A stretch of 63,779 bases of DNA, filler included, from Octopus bimaculoides (Eukaryota): the NCBI RefSeq assembly GCF_001194135.2. It is 5 parts of 4 records of this genome, joined end to end, with 100 filler letters (N's around TTAATTAATTAA, not from the genome) between each part and the next. Parts side by side here need not be neighbours in the genome. Positions count along the whole stretch, not along the records: positions 15,977 to 28,777 come from NC_068991.1; positions 28,878 to 42,636 come from NC_068986.1; 3 more parts are not named here. One strand, written 5' to 3'. The translations under genes and the position numbers were made by a program. Shown here in pieces: positions 25,101-37,583 of this stretch (its first letter is position 1; every line of letters begins with the position of its first letter). The notes beneath the pieces are model-generated. The model saw only the letters and a list, made by a program, of their open reading frames with translations. It did no database searches and had not been told where the DNA came from.

Positions 25101-26775
25101 TGCTTTGCTAAATGAAATATAGGTACCTTAGGGTGCTAGGAAGATCGACTGATAGCAAAACAAACAATGAAGTGAATAGTTTTTAAACGCAGAATACCAA
25201 TATTCAGTCTTAAAATATAGATATGAAATCACCCAAGCACGTTAACAGTGAAATTACTGAAAAGGGGAGCAAAAAGAAAGAAGTGACATTTTTGTATTAG
25301 TAGAATAAAGAGCGCGTGGCCAGAATAAAGGTCACATGGCCTACTGGTAAGTCTACTTTATTTAATATCGTAGGTTTCGAATTAAATTTCAGAGTCTAGC
25401 AGTGCATTGTGTCGTTGAGCAAAGCACTTCATATCGTGTAGTTCTCGTCAATTGAATTGGAAGTGAATTATGTCAGCTGCAGAGCGTCGCCTCTCTGACC
25501 ATTTACTCCTAATCTTGAAGATGCAAAATTTTAACGATTCTACGCTACGACTCACAAAAGTAATATAAAAAACCTCTGCCCAAAATGGCGAACCATTTCG
25601 TTCCCACACAGCTACTCAATTTGCTTTAAGTGTCATATTTCCCCCTTGGATTTACTGAGTTTAACCTTCATTGGTTTCTTCTGATTCTGGATGTTACTTA
25701 TAAATATGCTTTGTTTATATATTTCAACATTACTAAAATAAATACATTTGCAAACGATGGATTGTTATTATTCTCTTGCAATGTAAATCCAATCACATTA
25801 TGTTTGACAATTTTTATGTTAAACTCTAACTAAAGCCTGGTAATGTTAGAACGACTTTCTATCGTGTTTTGAAACAAAAATGAAATTACGTCTGCAAAAT
25901 AGCTTTTAACTTATTACTTTTCTTCAGTAACTTTATGCAGCGGTGAGAGAATTACATTAGCAAAACCTTTCACATTTCAACTAAATATGTGCAGACAATC
26001 CTTCACGGAGTGCTGCATGGGACGAAATTGCGTATTTCCCTCCTTCACCACGCTTTTAAAAGAAACCATTATAAATAGCGCTGTACTACATTAACATCAA
26101 TTACAATTACACGTTTCTGAGATGTCAATTTTTATTTACTAAGAACCGGTGCTGAATATAAGAATACTTGTTCGGGAATCTATAAAAGCTACTCTGGGTT
26201 GTTGTTAGTGTAATAAATTGCAGGTCAAGAATGGTTTATATCTAGGATCCTTTCACTCAAATCTGCAGTACATCTCTGGTAGAAGCAGTTAGCTCTGAAG
26301 GATAAATAACCACCTCTACCATCACCACCACCAACAACAAACAACAACAACTTCCACGATGACAGCTGCATGGACGAACACACAAACACAGTGAGTTACA
26401 AGAACGGTACAAAAAGTCGGGTTCAAGAGCAGCAGCGGCGGCAACGGGGTAGGGGACGGGGCTGGAGGAGGGTCATAGTGCTAATAAGAACAATGACACA
26501 CACACACACACACACATACACACACACACATGTATACACACACATACATACACACACACAAACATACAAAAACAGACGCATGCGCATATAAGGATACTCA
26601 TCATAGAACAACAGAATGGAATAAGTATCTCAACACACACGAAGAAGGAAAGTGTCGTTGAGGAGGTCACAGATGTGTGACGAAGGATTTCCGGACAATG
26701 GACATGAGTTACAATAAGAACAGTAATAAACGAGTGAAGCACGAATATACGGTGCGTGTGTTTATTTGGCCAAAG

Positions 26776-26813
26776 AAAAATGACCGTCCCGAAATACAGC
26801 AAAAAGTATATAG
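26776..26813 (+). CDS. Candidate exon of unidentified gene (KNDRPEIQQKVY-R); could instead start at ATG 26698
   Basis: Donor TAG|GTACGT at 26814; frame open from 26662; ends in phase 2, matching the next candidate exon. Confidence 0.35.
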
Positions 26814-27613
26814 GTACGTATTTATGAATACATATATATGTACGTATGTACGTACATATATATATATANNNNNNNNNNNNNNNNNNNNNNNNNNNNNNNN
26901 NNNNNNNNNNNNNNNNNNNNNNNNNNNNNNNNNNNNNNNNNNNNNNNNNNNNNNNNNNNNNNNNNNNNNNNNNNNNNNNNNNNNNNNNNNNNNNNNNNNN
27001 NNNNNNNNNNNNNNNNNNNNNNNNNNNNNNNNNNNNNNNNNNNNNNNNNNNNNNNNNNNNNNNNNNNNNNNNNNNNNNNNNNNNNNNNNNNNNNNNNNNN
27101 NNNNNNNNNNNNNNNNNNNNNNNNNNNNNNNNNNNNNNNNNNNNNNNNNNNNNNNNNNNNNNNNNNNNNNNNNNNNNNNNNNNNNNNNNNNNNNNNNNNN
27201 NNNNNNNNNNNNNNNNNNNNNNNNNNNNNNNNNNNNNNNNNNNNNNNNNNNNNNNNNNNNNNNNNNNNNNNNNNNNNNNNNNNNNNNNNNNNNNNNNNNN
27301 NNNNNNNNNNNNNNNNNNNNNNNNNNNNNNNNNNNNNNNNNNNNNNNNNNNNNNNNNNNNNNNNNNNNNNNNNNNNNNNNNNNNNNNNNNNNNNNNNNNN
27401 NNNNNNNNNNNNNNNNNNNNNNNNNNNNNNNNNNNNNNNNNNNNNNNNNNNNNNNNNNNNNNNNNNNNNNNNNNNNNNNNNNNNNNNNNNNNNNNNNNNN
27501 NNNNNNNNNNNNNNNNNNNNNNNNNNNNNNNNNNNNNNNNNNNNNNNNNNNNNNNNNNNNNNNNNNNNNNNNNNNNNNNNNNNNNNNNNNNNNNNNNNNN
27601 NNNNNNNNNNNNN

Positions 27614-27657
<44 letters not shown>

Positions 27658-27670
27658 GCTTTTTAATTAG

Positions 27671-27709
27671 GAATCGGTTGAATTTACCATGGCCCTTCCC
27701 TGCGGAAGA
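27671..27709 (+). CDS. Candidate 39-nt exon (R-NRLNLPWPFPAE-E/D)
   Basis: Acceptor atgctttttaattAG, donor GTAAGA; phase 2 to phase 2. Confidence 0.45.
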
Positions 27710-28690
27710 GTAAGAGGTTAACAATTGCCCATGCATGCAAAACGTCGCTCCCCACGCTACTGATGCTTAATCAATGGATGGAAAAAAGACCGCCGGATAT
27801 TGCTTGACACCAGCGTCTTCCGATGCGTTACCCCAAGAACGCCAAAAAAGCCGAAGAAGATATTAGAAAACCTCTTGCCAGACTCTTTAAATGTTCTGGC
27901 AATTCATCGCCCATCGCTGATGTAGTACTTTATATCTCGACGCTGAGAGCTGAGCTGACTTCACCGGGATTCGAGCTCAGTGTGCCGAGAATCGGAATAA
28001 ATAATGTGAGGGATTTTTATCAAAAATACTAAAGATTCCGCCAATTAACTGCTTTACAAACGAGGAAATGTTAAAAAACAAATTTCAGCAACAAAAACAA
28101 TATAGATTTACTGTTTCTGTTTTTGCTTTACCTCAGCAAAATGAAACGCAAAATCAATAATTTTCGGGGCAATCAAAGCTCAAATTATTTACAAAGTAAC
28201 ACAATTTCATTGTTGTCATGTTTGCTTTTTGCCTAACCAAAAGATTATCAATTTTCTATGCCATTGTTACGTCATGGAGAAATGAATAGCAGTTATGACG
28301 AGTTAGCTGAGTAAACTTGAACAGCCGTCGGCTGTATATGATCTTTATTTCACGACAGAACAAAGGCTCTGTTTCAGTTGATAGAATATAAAGCTTTCTT
28401 GCAAAAGTTTCCATCTTCAATACAAATGCTTTATCATACAGGGCCGGCAGCAATCTGATGCTTTCTTACAATAACATTTGTGTGAGGCCATATATAAATA
28501 ATGAACGCATAATGAAAGACAGAGAGAGAGAGGGGGAGAGGGGGAAGAGAAAGTGGAGTGAGAAAGAAGGAGAGAAAAAGAGCAACAGAGAGAGGAAGTG
28601 GGAGAAGCAGTAATGAAGGCAGAGAGATGGAGAAAGACTGAAACAGCAGACTGAATGGAGAAAAGAGTATGAACTATATACATCCATATA

Positions 28691-28777
<87 letters not shown>

Positions 28778-28877
28778 NNNNNNNNNNNNNNNNNNNNNNN
28801 NNNNNNNNNNNNNNNNNNNNNTTAATTAATTAANNNNNNNNNNNNNNNNNNNNNNNNNNNNNNNNNNNNNNNNNNNN
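28778..28877. other. Artificial scaffold linker N44-TTAATTAATTAA-N44
   Basis: Same 100-bp format. Confidence 0.95.
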
Positions 28878-29829
28878 AGATTGGAGAATGAAGATGTGAC
28901 ACAGGGATGCATGCGGCAGGTGACAGATATGATGAGTGGAAGTAAAACAGATAGAGACGCATTAATAGTGAAATAAAACGAGATAGAAAGTGACAGAGAG
29001 TTAGAGATAGAGATAGAGAGATAGAGAGATAGATAGATAGATAGAGAGAGAGAGGTGGAGTTAGAGAGAGGTGGGAGGAGTGCTGAATATCCATAAAGAT
29101 AGAGTAATGTCGTTATAGTGGGAAGGAGAGAATAATTAAGACTAGAGATTGAATGATCAATAGAAGAAACTAGAGATAGAGCATCATAGGAGCTATTAGA
29201 TAAGAATATATATATATATATATATANNNNNNNNNNAACACATGTAAGGAATTTTATAAGTATTTTCAAACTGTACTTTCATGTCTTATATCTAGTACAC
29301 ACACACACACACACATCCATCCCTACATCCATCCATCCATCCATACATACATATATACATACATACACACATACATACGTATGTACGTACGTACATGCAT
29401 ACTTACATACATACAAAGAAGAAGTTGGAAGAGAAAGGCAATGTAAAAGACATTGTCTTAGGGTTACAATATTAGGTGACGTTGCTGTGTCCATTACCAC
29501 TACCAGTTTTCTCTGGTGAAATTGATGTCGGTGACTGTTAATGTTTTATTCCAATTTCTATTGGTTAATGCTTGCAGAGATAACATAGCCAATGATAGTA
29601 TGTATTTTCTTGAGGAAGTAATAGGTGTTTAGATACAGGATAAAGTGAAGTGTTTTATAAACTATTTTCTAATGCAGAAAATGAGTCGATTCAGCGTGGT
29701 TGTTTTGACACCGGCGGCTTGGCAAGGTTGAATGGATACTGAATCTGTTTCGATGACAGTACTTTTTGGCACTTGAGCCAAACACACGCACACATGCATG
29801 CGTGTGCACAAACATGCCCATACAGATAG

Positions 29830-29909
<80 letters not shown>

Positions 29910-30710
29910 NNNNNNNNNNNNNNNNNNNNNNNNNNNNNNNNNNNNNNNNNNNNNNNNNNNNNNNNNNNNNNNNNNNNNNNNNNNNNNNNNNNNNNNNNNN
30001 NNNNNNNNNNNNNNNNNNNNNNNNNNNNNNNNNNNNNNNNNNNNNNNNNNNNNNNNNNNNNNNNNNNNNNNNNNNNNNNNNNNNNNNNNNNNNNNNNNNN
30101 NNNNNNNNNNNNNNNNNNNNNNNNNNNNNNNNNNNNNNNNNNNNNNNNNNNNNNNNNNNNNNNNNNNNNNNNNNNNNNNNNNNNNNNNNNNNNNNNNNNN
30201 NNNNNNNNNNNNNNNNNNNNNNNNNNNNNNNNNNNNNNNNNNNNNNNNNNNNNNNNNNNNNNNNNNNNNNNNNNNNNNNNNNNNNNNNNNNNNNNNNNNN
30301 NNNNNNNNNNNNNNNNNNNNNNNNNNNNNNNNNNNNNNNNNNNNNNNNNNNNNNNNNNNNNNNNNNNNNNNNNNNNNNNNNNNNNNNNNNNNNNNNNNNN
30401 NNNNNNNNNNNNNNNNNNNNNNNNNNNNNNNNNNNNNNNNNNNNNNNNNNNNNNNNNNNNNNNNNNNNNNNNNNNNNNNNNNNNNNNNNNNNNNNNNNNN
30501 NNNNNNNNNNNNNNNNNNNNNNNNNNNNNNNNNNNNNNNNNNNNNNNNNNNNNNNNNNNNNNNNNNNNNNNNNNNNNNNNNNNNNNNNNNNNNNNNNNNN
30601 NNNNNNNNNNNNNNNNNNNNNNNGAGAGAGAGAGAGAGAGAGAGGGGAGGGGTGAAAAGGAAGGAAGAACATTCAAAGGCTGATATAAATAAATTAGCGT
30701 CGAATTAATG

Positions 30711-30787
30711 ACGCCAAATAGGCGGTGCCAAAACGGCCGTGCCAAAATGACTGTGCCAAAACGGCTGTGCCAAAACATCTCGCATCC
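30711..30787. repeat. Five 14-bp tandem units (GTGCCAAAACGGCY), probable DNA-transposon subterminal repeats
   Basis: GCCAAA core recurs at 14-bp spacing from 30711 to 30767, ending CATCTCGCATCC. Confidence 0.6.
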
Positions 30788-31219
30788 TTCGTAGTGGTGG
30801 CAGAGACCAGCCGGATGTTTTCAACAGTTTCAAAAGGAAGACAAAGGGACGAGACAAGGCTGGATCGAGTGAGATGTAGACAGAAGTAGAGGCAAAGGAA
30901 AAGATGCTGACATTAAAAACATACTAGCATTTTCCGAATGGAATTCTTATAGAATAGATTTTTTTTTGTTTAGTGAGACAGTTTTATAGATAAATAAAGT
31001 AGTTAATAGCTATGTCAATGTAGCCTCAGACAAAATATATTATGATGTAAAGCTAGGTTTCTTTATGTTCTGATTTGATATCCCACCAAGATCGACTTTG
31101 CTTTTCATCCATTAGTGGATCGATATAAAAGAGCTGTGGCATGTTAAAATAATTCATGAAAATAATTCATGAAAACCACCTTCTAGCATTCGTAGCCTTG
31201 CAGCTATATAATAGTGGCC

Positions 31220-31890
31220 AGGCGGCGAGCTGGCAGAGCCGTTAGCACGCTGGGCAAAATGCTTAGAGGTATATCGTCTGTCTTTATGTTCTGAGTTCAA
31301 ATTCCGCTGAGGTCGACTTTGTCTTTCATCCCTTCGGGATAGATGACATAGGCACCAGTTGATTACTGGAGTCGATGTAATCGACTTGCCCCCTCCTCCG
31401 GAGTTGCCAGCCTTGTGCCAAAATTTGGAACTAATATTGGACAATTTGATCTTGTGCATATAAAACAAGGCCAGTAATTTCAATAGGAATTGCTTAGTCC
31501 ATTCCACCGACGCTAGTATTTGACTGCTATATTTTACTTCAACACCCCAAAAGGATGAAAGGCTAAATTGACCTAGGTAGGATTTGAACTCAGGATATAA
31601 AGAGCCAGAAACAAACACTACAGGCTGTTTTTTTTTTCAATGTTTTAACGAATCTGCCAGGCCACTGCGTTCCTTTACCTATATAATAGTTTGAAATTTT
31701 GGCAAAGGGTCAACAATTCTAGTGGAATGGAATGAGTTAATAATATCGATCCAAAGTTCAACTGATACTTATTTTATCGACCCGGAAAAGGATGAAAGGC
31801 AAAGTCGGTCTCGGTGGAATTTGAACTCGGAGCATAAAGATGGCCGAAATGTGCGATGAGTTAACGATTTTGCCAGTTTGTCGCCTTCAT
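31220..31890. mobile_element. Cluster of three family D SINEs (+ ~31220-31430, - ~31490-31660, - ~31740-31890)
   Basis: Diagnostic head and core motifs in both orientations. Confidence 0.75.
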
Positions 31891-32079
31891 TTGCCTACAA
31901 AATTTCATGTGTTAAGCGACAGAACGCTGAAATGTTAAAATGAATAACTCATACTATTAGTTTCTTTGTGTTTAAGGTTCCGTTTCAACCGGATCTATAA
32001 ATTATCTATTAGCGAATACATTTTTGTGAAAATCGGATACAAAACCAACGACAAATTACTATGAATCGTATAAGCTAAG

Positions 32080-32290
32080 AGAATCTCATTGGAAGCCATC
32101 AAAGAGGGACAACTTAAATATTTTGAACACTTGATTAGAAAGATGTTAGTTACTGAAACTGTTAATGGAATGCAAAACTATTGAGAAAGCAGGAAGAGGT
32201 AAACCAAGAAATTACACGGAAGGATGATATCGAGATGTAGACACACTTTAAATACAATGAAGATGAAAAATTGTAAAAGACTGCGATAAT
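32080..32290 (+). mobile_element. RTE-type LINE 3' fragment
   Basis: LEAIKEGQLKYFEHLIR..GRGKPR..DDI resembles the RQL.YFGH..RGRPR..W.DDI terminus of RTE ORFs. Confidence 0.55.
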
Positions 32291-32321
32291 GACGCATGGT
32301 ATTCAGCTTTATGAGACAAGA

Positions 32322-32350
32322 TCAGATGATTATGATGATGATGTTGATGG

Positions 32351-32392
<42 letters not shown>

Positions 32393-32720
32393 CGATGATG
32401 ATGCTAATGATACCAAGGATGATGGTGGCGATGACGACGACGACGCCGTTCAGGATGATGATGGTGGTGGTGGTAGTCGTGCTGCTGGTGATAATGACAA
32501 CGACGACGACGATGAAGATGATAACAATGATGGTGCTGACGACGACAATGACAATGAAAATGACGATGACGACGACGGCAACGACGACGGAGATGACGAC
32601 AATAAAATGACGAAGATGACAACGACAACGATTACGACAATGATGGCGACGATGGTGATGATGGCGAGGATGACGATGATAAGGCTGAAGAATATGATGA
32701 ATATGATGATGGTGATGATG
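32322..32720 (+). repeat. (GAT/GAC)n trinucleotide repeat
   Basis: Direct reading; accounts for the Asp-, Met- and His-rich ORFs. Confidence 0.9.
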
Positions 32721-34066
32721 AGAAGGTGGAATATGGGGAAGAAGAGATTGTTTATGTACTAGGGATTCAGTCAAGCGATCGATCATCTATCCCTGCATGG
32801 CTAATTAGTAACCTTGTTTCCAACGTGAGAAATCAATACAGTAATTGTAAGCGGTTAAAGAAACGGTCTCTACTTACACGGATAATTGGCGGAGTCGTTA
32901 GAGCATCGGATGAAATGCTTCGTGTTATTTACTCTGACCTCTGCGTTCTGAGTTCAAATCTGCCGAAATCAAATTTGTTTTTCACCCGTTCGGTATCTTT
33001 AAAAATAAGCACCAATCCTCGGCGTGGATTGGCGTAAATGTAACAATATCGGATGATTGCTATATTTGTTCCGGTACTGTGTCTTAAATTCAAATTCCCC
33101 CAAATTCTTCTTGTGGTTTAAGATTACTACCTGGCGGCTTCAGTAGCTTCAGCGGTGGAGTTCACTCTGTTTTAACCTTCGACTGCTTAATTAAATTTCA
33201 TGGTCATTACTTTAATGATTTTAATTATCCACACAAAAGCAAACAAAAGAACATAGAAATGATATTGTCTTCTGTAATGTATTTTCAGTATCTCCTGTAG
33301 GTGTGGTTTGTATATCCATGACTAAAAGTATTTCATTCTTGCTCTGTCACGTGATATTGGATTAAATATTTGAACAAGAAAATCCGAAAAATTGTCTTTT
33401 GTAATAAGTGTCAATGGGGTTGTCTCTTCTTCTTGTAGCAGAAGGAGAGGTTTTCTCTTTTGTTTTTCAATGTTAATGGTACTAAAATTTTGAGAAGATA
33501 TATCCGCTTTCGCATTCAAAGGGTTAACAATTTGAGCCAGGTCACCAATTTGAAGGTATCTTCCTTCCTTACACCAGTCTTGAATGCCCTGTCAAGTGCC
33601 ACGAGCACAAGCTTCCCTCCTGATTAAAAGATAGATAAAAGACATATCTTTTTGCGATTATAGAGATTTGACTTCATGTTTATCCGGTTCATNNNNNNNN
33701 NNGTGATGGTGGCGGTGTTAATGGTGGCGATGATGATGATGGTGGTGAGGATTGTGGTGGTGGTGCTGCTGCTGACGGTGGTGATGGTAGTGGTGGTAGT
33801 GATGGTGATAATTCAAATAGTTGACACTTCGGTCAGGGTGAGGTGGAGATAGTGGTGGTGGTGATGGTGACGGAGATTGTGATGGTGGTGGTAATGACAA
33901 CTTTATTGAATCAATCAAGTGCAAATTCAAGTTGGTTATATAACGATTATGAATTACATTTCACCCTTTTCATATCGAATTGTTGCAGGAGTTCTCCTAA
34001 GCTATAGATAAATGGATAGATAGATATCAGTCCATACGGCATTTAATGCCGCATCGGTTCACTTAG

Positions 34067-34128
34067 ACGACACTCACTGAACAATAAAAAAAGAAATGAT
34101 TACATCACGTATACACTTAATTACGAAG
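34067..34128 (+). CDS. Candidate 62-nt exon, copy A (E-RHSLNNKKRNDYITYTLNYE-G)
   Basis: cacttAG acceptor, GAAG|GTAATA donor; phase 2 to phase 1; part of a ~128-bp direct repeat. Confidence 0.4.
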
Positions 34129-34904
34129 GTAATAACACCGTGAGATTTGGCTAAGAAACAGGTATGGCTGTGTAGTAAGACTGGTGACCGAAAGAAACCG
34201 ATGCTTTGAACGAAAATACATTGTTGTATATGTAGTTATATATGATTTGTTTTTCTTCATAGCCAGATCAACTTTTCATTTCATCCTTTAGCAGATCCAT
34301 GACATCAGAAGACAAATTATCGGGGAAGAGGGCATCTATATCACCGAAAAATACATTTGAAGGTTGTGCTTCAGTATGGCAACAGTTTAATGGCTAAAAC
34401 CATTAAAGTACCATTAAAGTAAAAGATTGAGAAGGAAACGGAAATGTTTTGAGGAAGATACCAGTGGCATGTCAATATTAAAAGAAATGAATTAGCTTTT
34501 CTCGCTCTAATGAGGTCATTGTTTAATTGGACACAAAAGAAAGAATGTCGAGACTGTAAAAATGACTTTTATCATATTGGCTATTAGTAACTTAGTGACA
34601 TATGGAGATGTTAGTAAGCGACAAAAGATGTCTTCTTGGATCAAAAGTAGCAACGCAGTGTATAGGTAATCTTTAAAATCTTATTTAGAGTAACCGAAGG
34701 CTACATGTGGTATGAAGGTCAATACAAGTTTCGTTCTCTAATATTGTTTCAAGTTTTTGGCACAAGGCCAGCAAGCTGAGGGTATAGTATGTTAGTCTAT
34801 TACATCGACTGAAGTGCTTAGCTAGTACTTTGTTTTATCGACCCCGAAAGGATGACAAATAAAGTTGACTTCGACTCAGAACATAAGCAGCCGGAGGAAA
34901 TTCT

Positions 34905-35137
34905 TATTTCTTTATTGCCCACAAGGGGGCTACACACAGAGGGCACAAACAAGGACAGACAAAGAGATTAAGTCGATTACATCGACCCCAGTGCGTAACT
35001 GGTACTTATTGAATCGACCCCGAAGGGATGAAAGGCAAAGTCGACCTCGGCGGAATTTGAACTCAGAACGTAACGGCAGACGAAATACCGCTAAGCATTT
35101 CGCCCGGCATGCTAACGTTTCTGCCAGCTCGCCGCCT
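34905..35137 (-). mobile_element. Full-length family D SINE with GGGCAATAAAGAAATAAG-type tail
   Basis: Complete head, core and tail; near-identical to the copy at 53745. Confidence 0.85.
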
Positions 35138-35514
35138 ATATTTTGTGTTGGAAATTTTGCTAAGCATTTTGTCTGACTCCTCAACGATTCTGCCATCTCG
35201 ACGCCTATATTTTGTGTTGCTTTCTANNNNNNNNNNNNNNNNNNNNNNNNNNNNNNNNNNNNNNNNNNNNNNNNNNNNNNNNNNNNNNNNNNNNNNNNNN
35301 NNNNNNNNNNNNNNNNNNNNNNNNNNNNNNNNNNNNNNNNNNNNNNNNNNNNNNNNNNNNNNNNNNNNNNNNNNNNNNNNNNNNNNNNNNNNNNNNNNNN
35401 NNNNNNNNNNNNNNNNNNNNNNNNNNNNNNNNNNNNNNNNNNNNNNNNNNNNNNNNNNNNNNNNNNNNNNNNNNNNNNNNNNNNNNNNNNNNNNNNNNNN
35501 NNNNNNNNNNNNNN

Positions 35515-35880
35515 CTATTGTCTTCGAAAGGATGAAGGGCAAAGTCAAACTTGGCGAAATTTTAACTCAGAACGGAAAAACGGATGAAATGCTGCTAAGC
35601 ATTTTGTCCGACGTGTTAAAGATTTTGTCAACTCGCTGCCTTATTTTACTTTCTAATATTAAAAGCTGCTTTCGGGCAGCGAGTTGGTAGAATTGTTAGC
35701 AAGCCAGGCAAAATGCTCTGTCTTAACGATCTGAATTCAAATTCCATCGTGGTCCACTTTGCCTTTCATCCTTTCGGGGGTCGATAAAATAAGTACCATT
35801 TGAACACTGGGGATCAATGTAATCGACTTACCCCTCCCCAAAATTGCTGGCCTTGTGCCAAAATTTGAAATCAATATTAA
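35515..35880. mobile_element. Divergent (head-to-head) pair of family D SINEs
   Basis: Minus copy ~35515-35645, plus copy ~35675-35880. Confidence 0.75.
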
Positions 35881-36599
35881 AAACTATTGACAAAGTAAGC
35901 AGAGAGAATAAAATTTCACTATGTACAGATTTCATTTTTATTTTATTAATTTCGTTTAATATTTGTTTTCATTTGTATGTATAACATTCATTTATTTTCG
36001 AACGATTCATTAAATTTCAAGACTTTTATTTTATTTCTTCTTTCCAAAATCTAACATTTATGTTTATAGCATTCATTCCTGTTCAAGACAGGGCATTTGT
36101 TTTAAAAATACCAATATCAATTTATCTTCACGACATTTGTTTACATTACTGACATTCACAATCATTTGTCTACATAGCATGCATTTATCTTCATTGCAAT
36201 CATTTATTTTCTTGACATTCATTTACTTTCAAAGCATCCATAGCATTCATTTGCCTTTATATATATCATTCATTCATTGCCATAGTATTCTTCTAGTTTC
36301 ATTGCCATTCGTTTAAGCTTAAAGCATTCATTTACAAGCATAGAATGTATCCCGACTTCATATCGCCTGTTTATCTTCATCGCATTCATTTATTTTCATG
36401 ACATTCATTTCCCGCCGTAGCATTCATTTGTTTTCTTGCTATTCGTTTATTTTTCATGGCGTTCCTCTACGTTTACGGTAATCGTTCGTTTTCAAGCTGG
36501 TACATCCCGTGAAGGTTATGTCAAAGAAGTTAAATATGCATGCATGTATGTATGTATGTATGTATGTATGTATGTATGTATGTATGAATGTATGTAAAG

Positions 36600-36630
<31 letters not shown>

Positions 36631-36686
36631 GATGTATGTATGTATGAAGATAAATAAATCATCTTATGCAGGACATCGCTGTTCAT

Positions 36687-36741
<55 letters not shown>

Positions 36742-36755
36742 CATACATACATACA

Positions 36756-36786
<31 letters not shown>

Positions 36787-36965
36787 TAGACCGGACACCT
36801 GATGAAAAACTGCAACTGGGACATTAGGACTAGGAAGATACTAAGAAGAATTGGTAACTTCCACATCAGTGATTGACACTGACAGGATCTAAGTTAAATA
36901 GATATACGCAGGCAGAAGCGTAAAATGAGTCCATATGGCATTTAATGCCGCATCGGGTCTCTTAG

Positions 36966-37027
36966 ACAACACTCATTGAACAATAAAGAAAGAAATGATT
37001 ACATCACGTATACACTTAATTACGAAG
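36966..37027 (+). CDS. Candidate 62-nt exon, copy B (E-QHSLNNKERNDYITYTLNYE-G)
   Basis: ctcttAG acceptor, GAAG|GTAATA donor; three substitutions versus copy A (R/Q, silent L, K/E); frame open. Confidence 0.4.
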
Positions 37028-37139
37028 GTAATAACACCGTGAGATTTGGCTAAGACACCCTAAACAGCTGCTCCATGTAAACGAAACGTATATATGCATT
37101 CGCCATGGTGGAACACTGAAATCTGCAATTTTGTTTCAT

Positions 37140-37260
37140 TCTTTCTCTGTATATTTTCTCTTACTTCCATCCGCTGAAGAGCGTAGGCTCGAAACATAAA
37201 ATATTTTTCATTTTTCCCGAGCGTCAAATTAATACACTTGCTATCTTCGTCTTTTGTTTT
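37140..37260 (+). mobile_element. PLE-type tail fragment with hammerhead-like motif CTGAAGAGCGTAGGCTCGAAAC
   Basis: Motif at 37174-37195; a related copy lies on the minus strand at 43943-43966. Confidence 0.5.
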
Positions 37261-37313
37261 TCTATAAATTTCAACGATATATATATATCTGTGCGCGCGT
37301 GCGCGTGTATGTT

Positions 37314-37344
<31 letters not shown>

Positions 37345-37466
37345 ACATATGTATGCGTGTGTATATATATTGTATATTTACACATACACACACACACACA
37401 TATATATATATACATATAGATACGTATACATTCACACACATATATGTATGTATATATACACACACA

Positions 37467-37497
<31 letters not shown>

Positions 37498-37549
37498 NNN
37501 NNNNNNNNNNNNNNNNNNNNNNNNNNNNNNNNGCGTGCGCGTGTATGTT

Positions 37550-37583
<34 letters not shown>

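Noticed and set aside
27688-27699. Minus-strand 12-nt microexon (cttccgcAG-GGAAGGGCCATG-GTAAAT) overlapping the + strand exon
   Set aside because: No other minus-strand exons were found to connect it; likely a mirror coincidence.
29578-29617. Further + strand exon candidate (20 nt with GTATGT donor, or 40 nt)
   Set aside because: Phase 2/1 makes it incompatible with inclusion alongside the 62-nt exon, and there is no independent support. Worth rechecking only if RNA-seq shows junctions.
32289-32762. 157-aa Asp-rich ORF suggestive of acidic biomineral proteins
   Set aside because: It is a GAT/GAC microsatellite fused to an RTE relic, with no signal peptide or splice support.
33322-33588. ~88-codon minus-strand open frame (GIQDWCKEGRYLQIG..)
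   Set aside because: Crosses a TTAA-CCCTTT transposon-like terminus and lacks a donor site.
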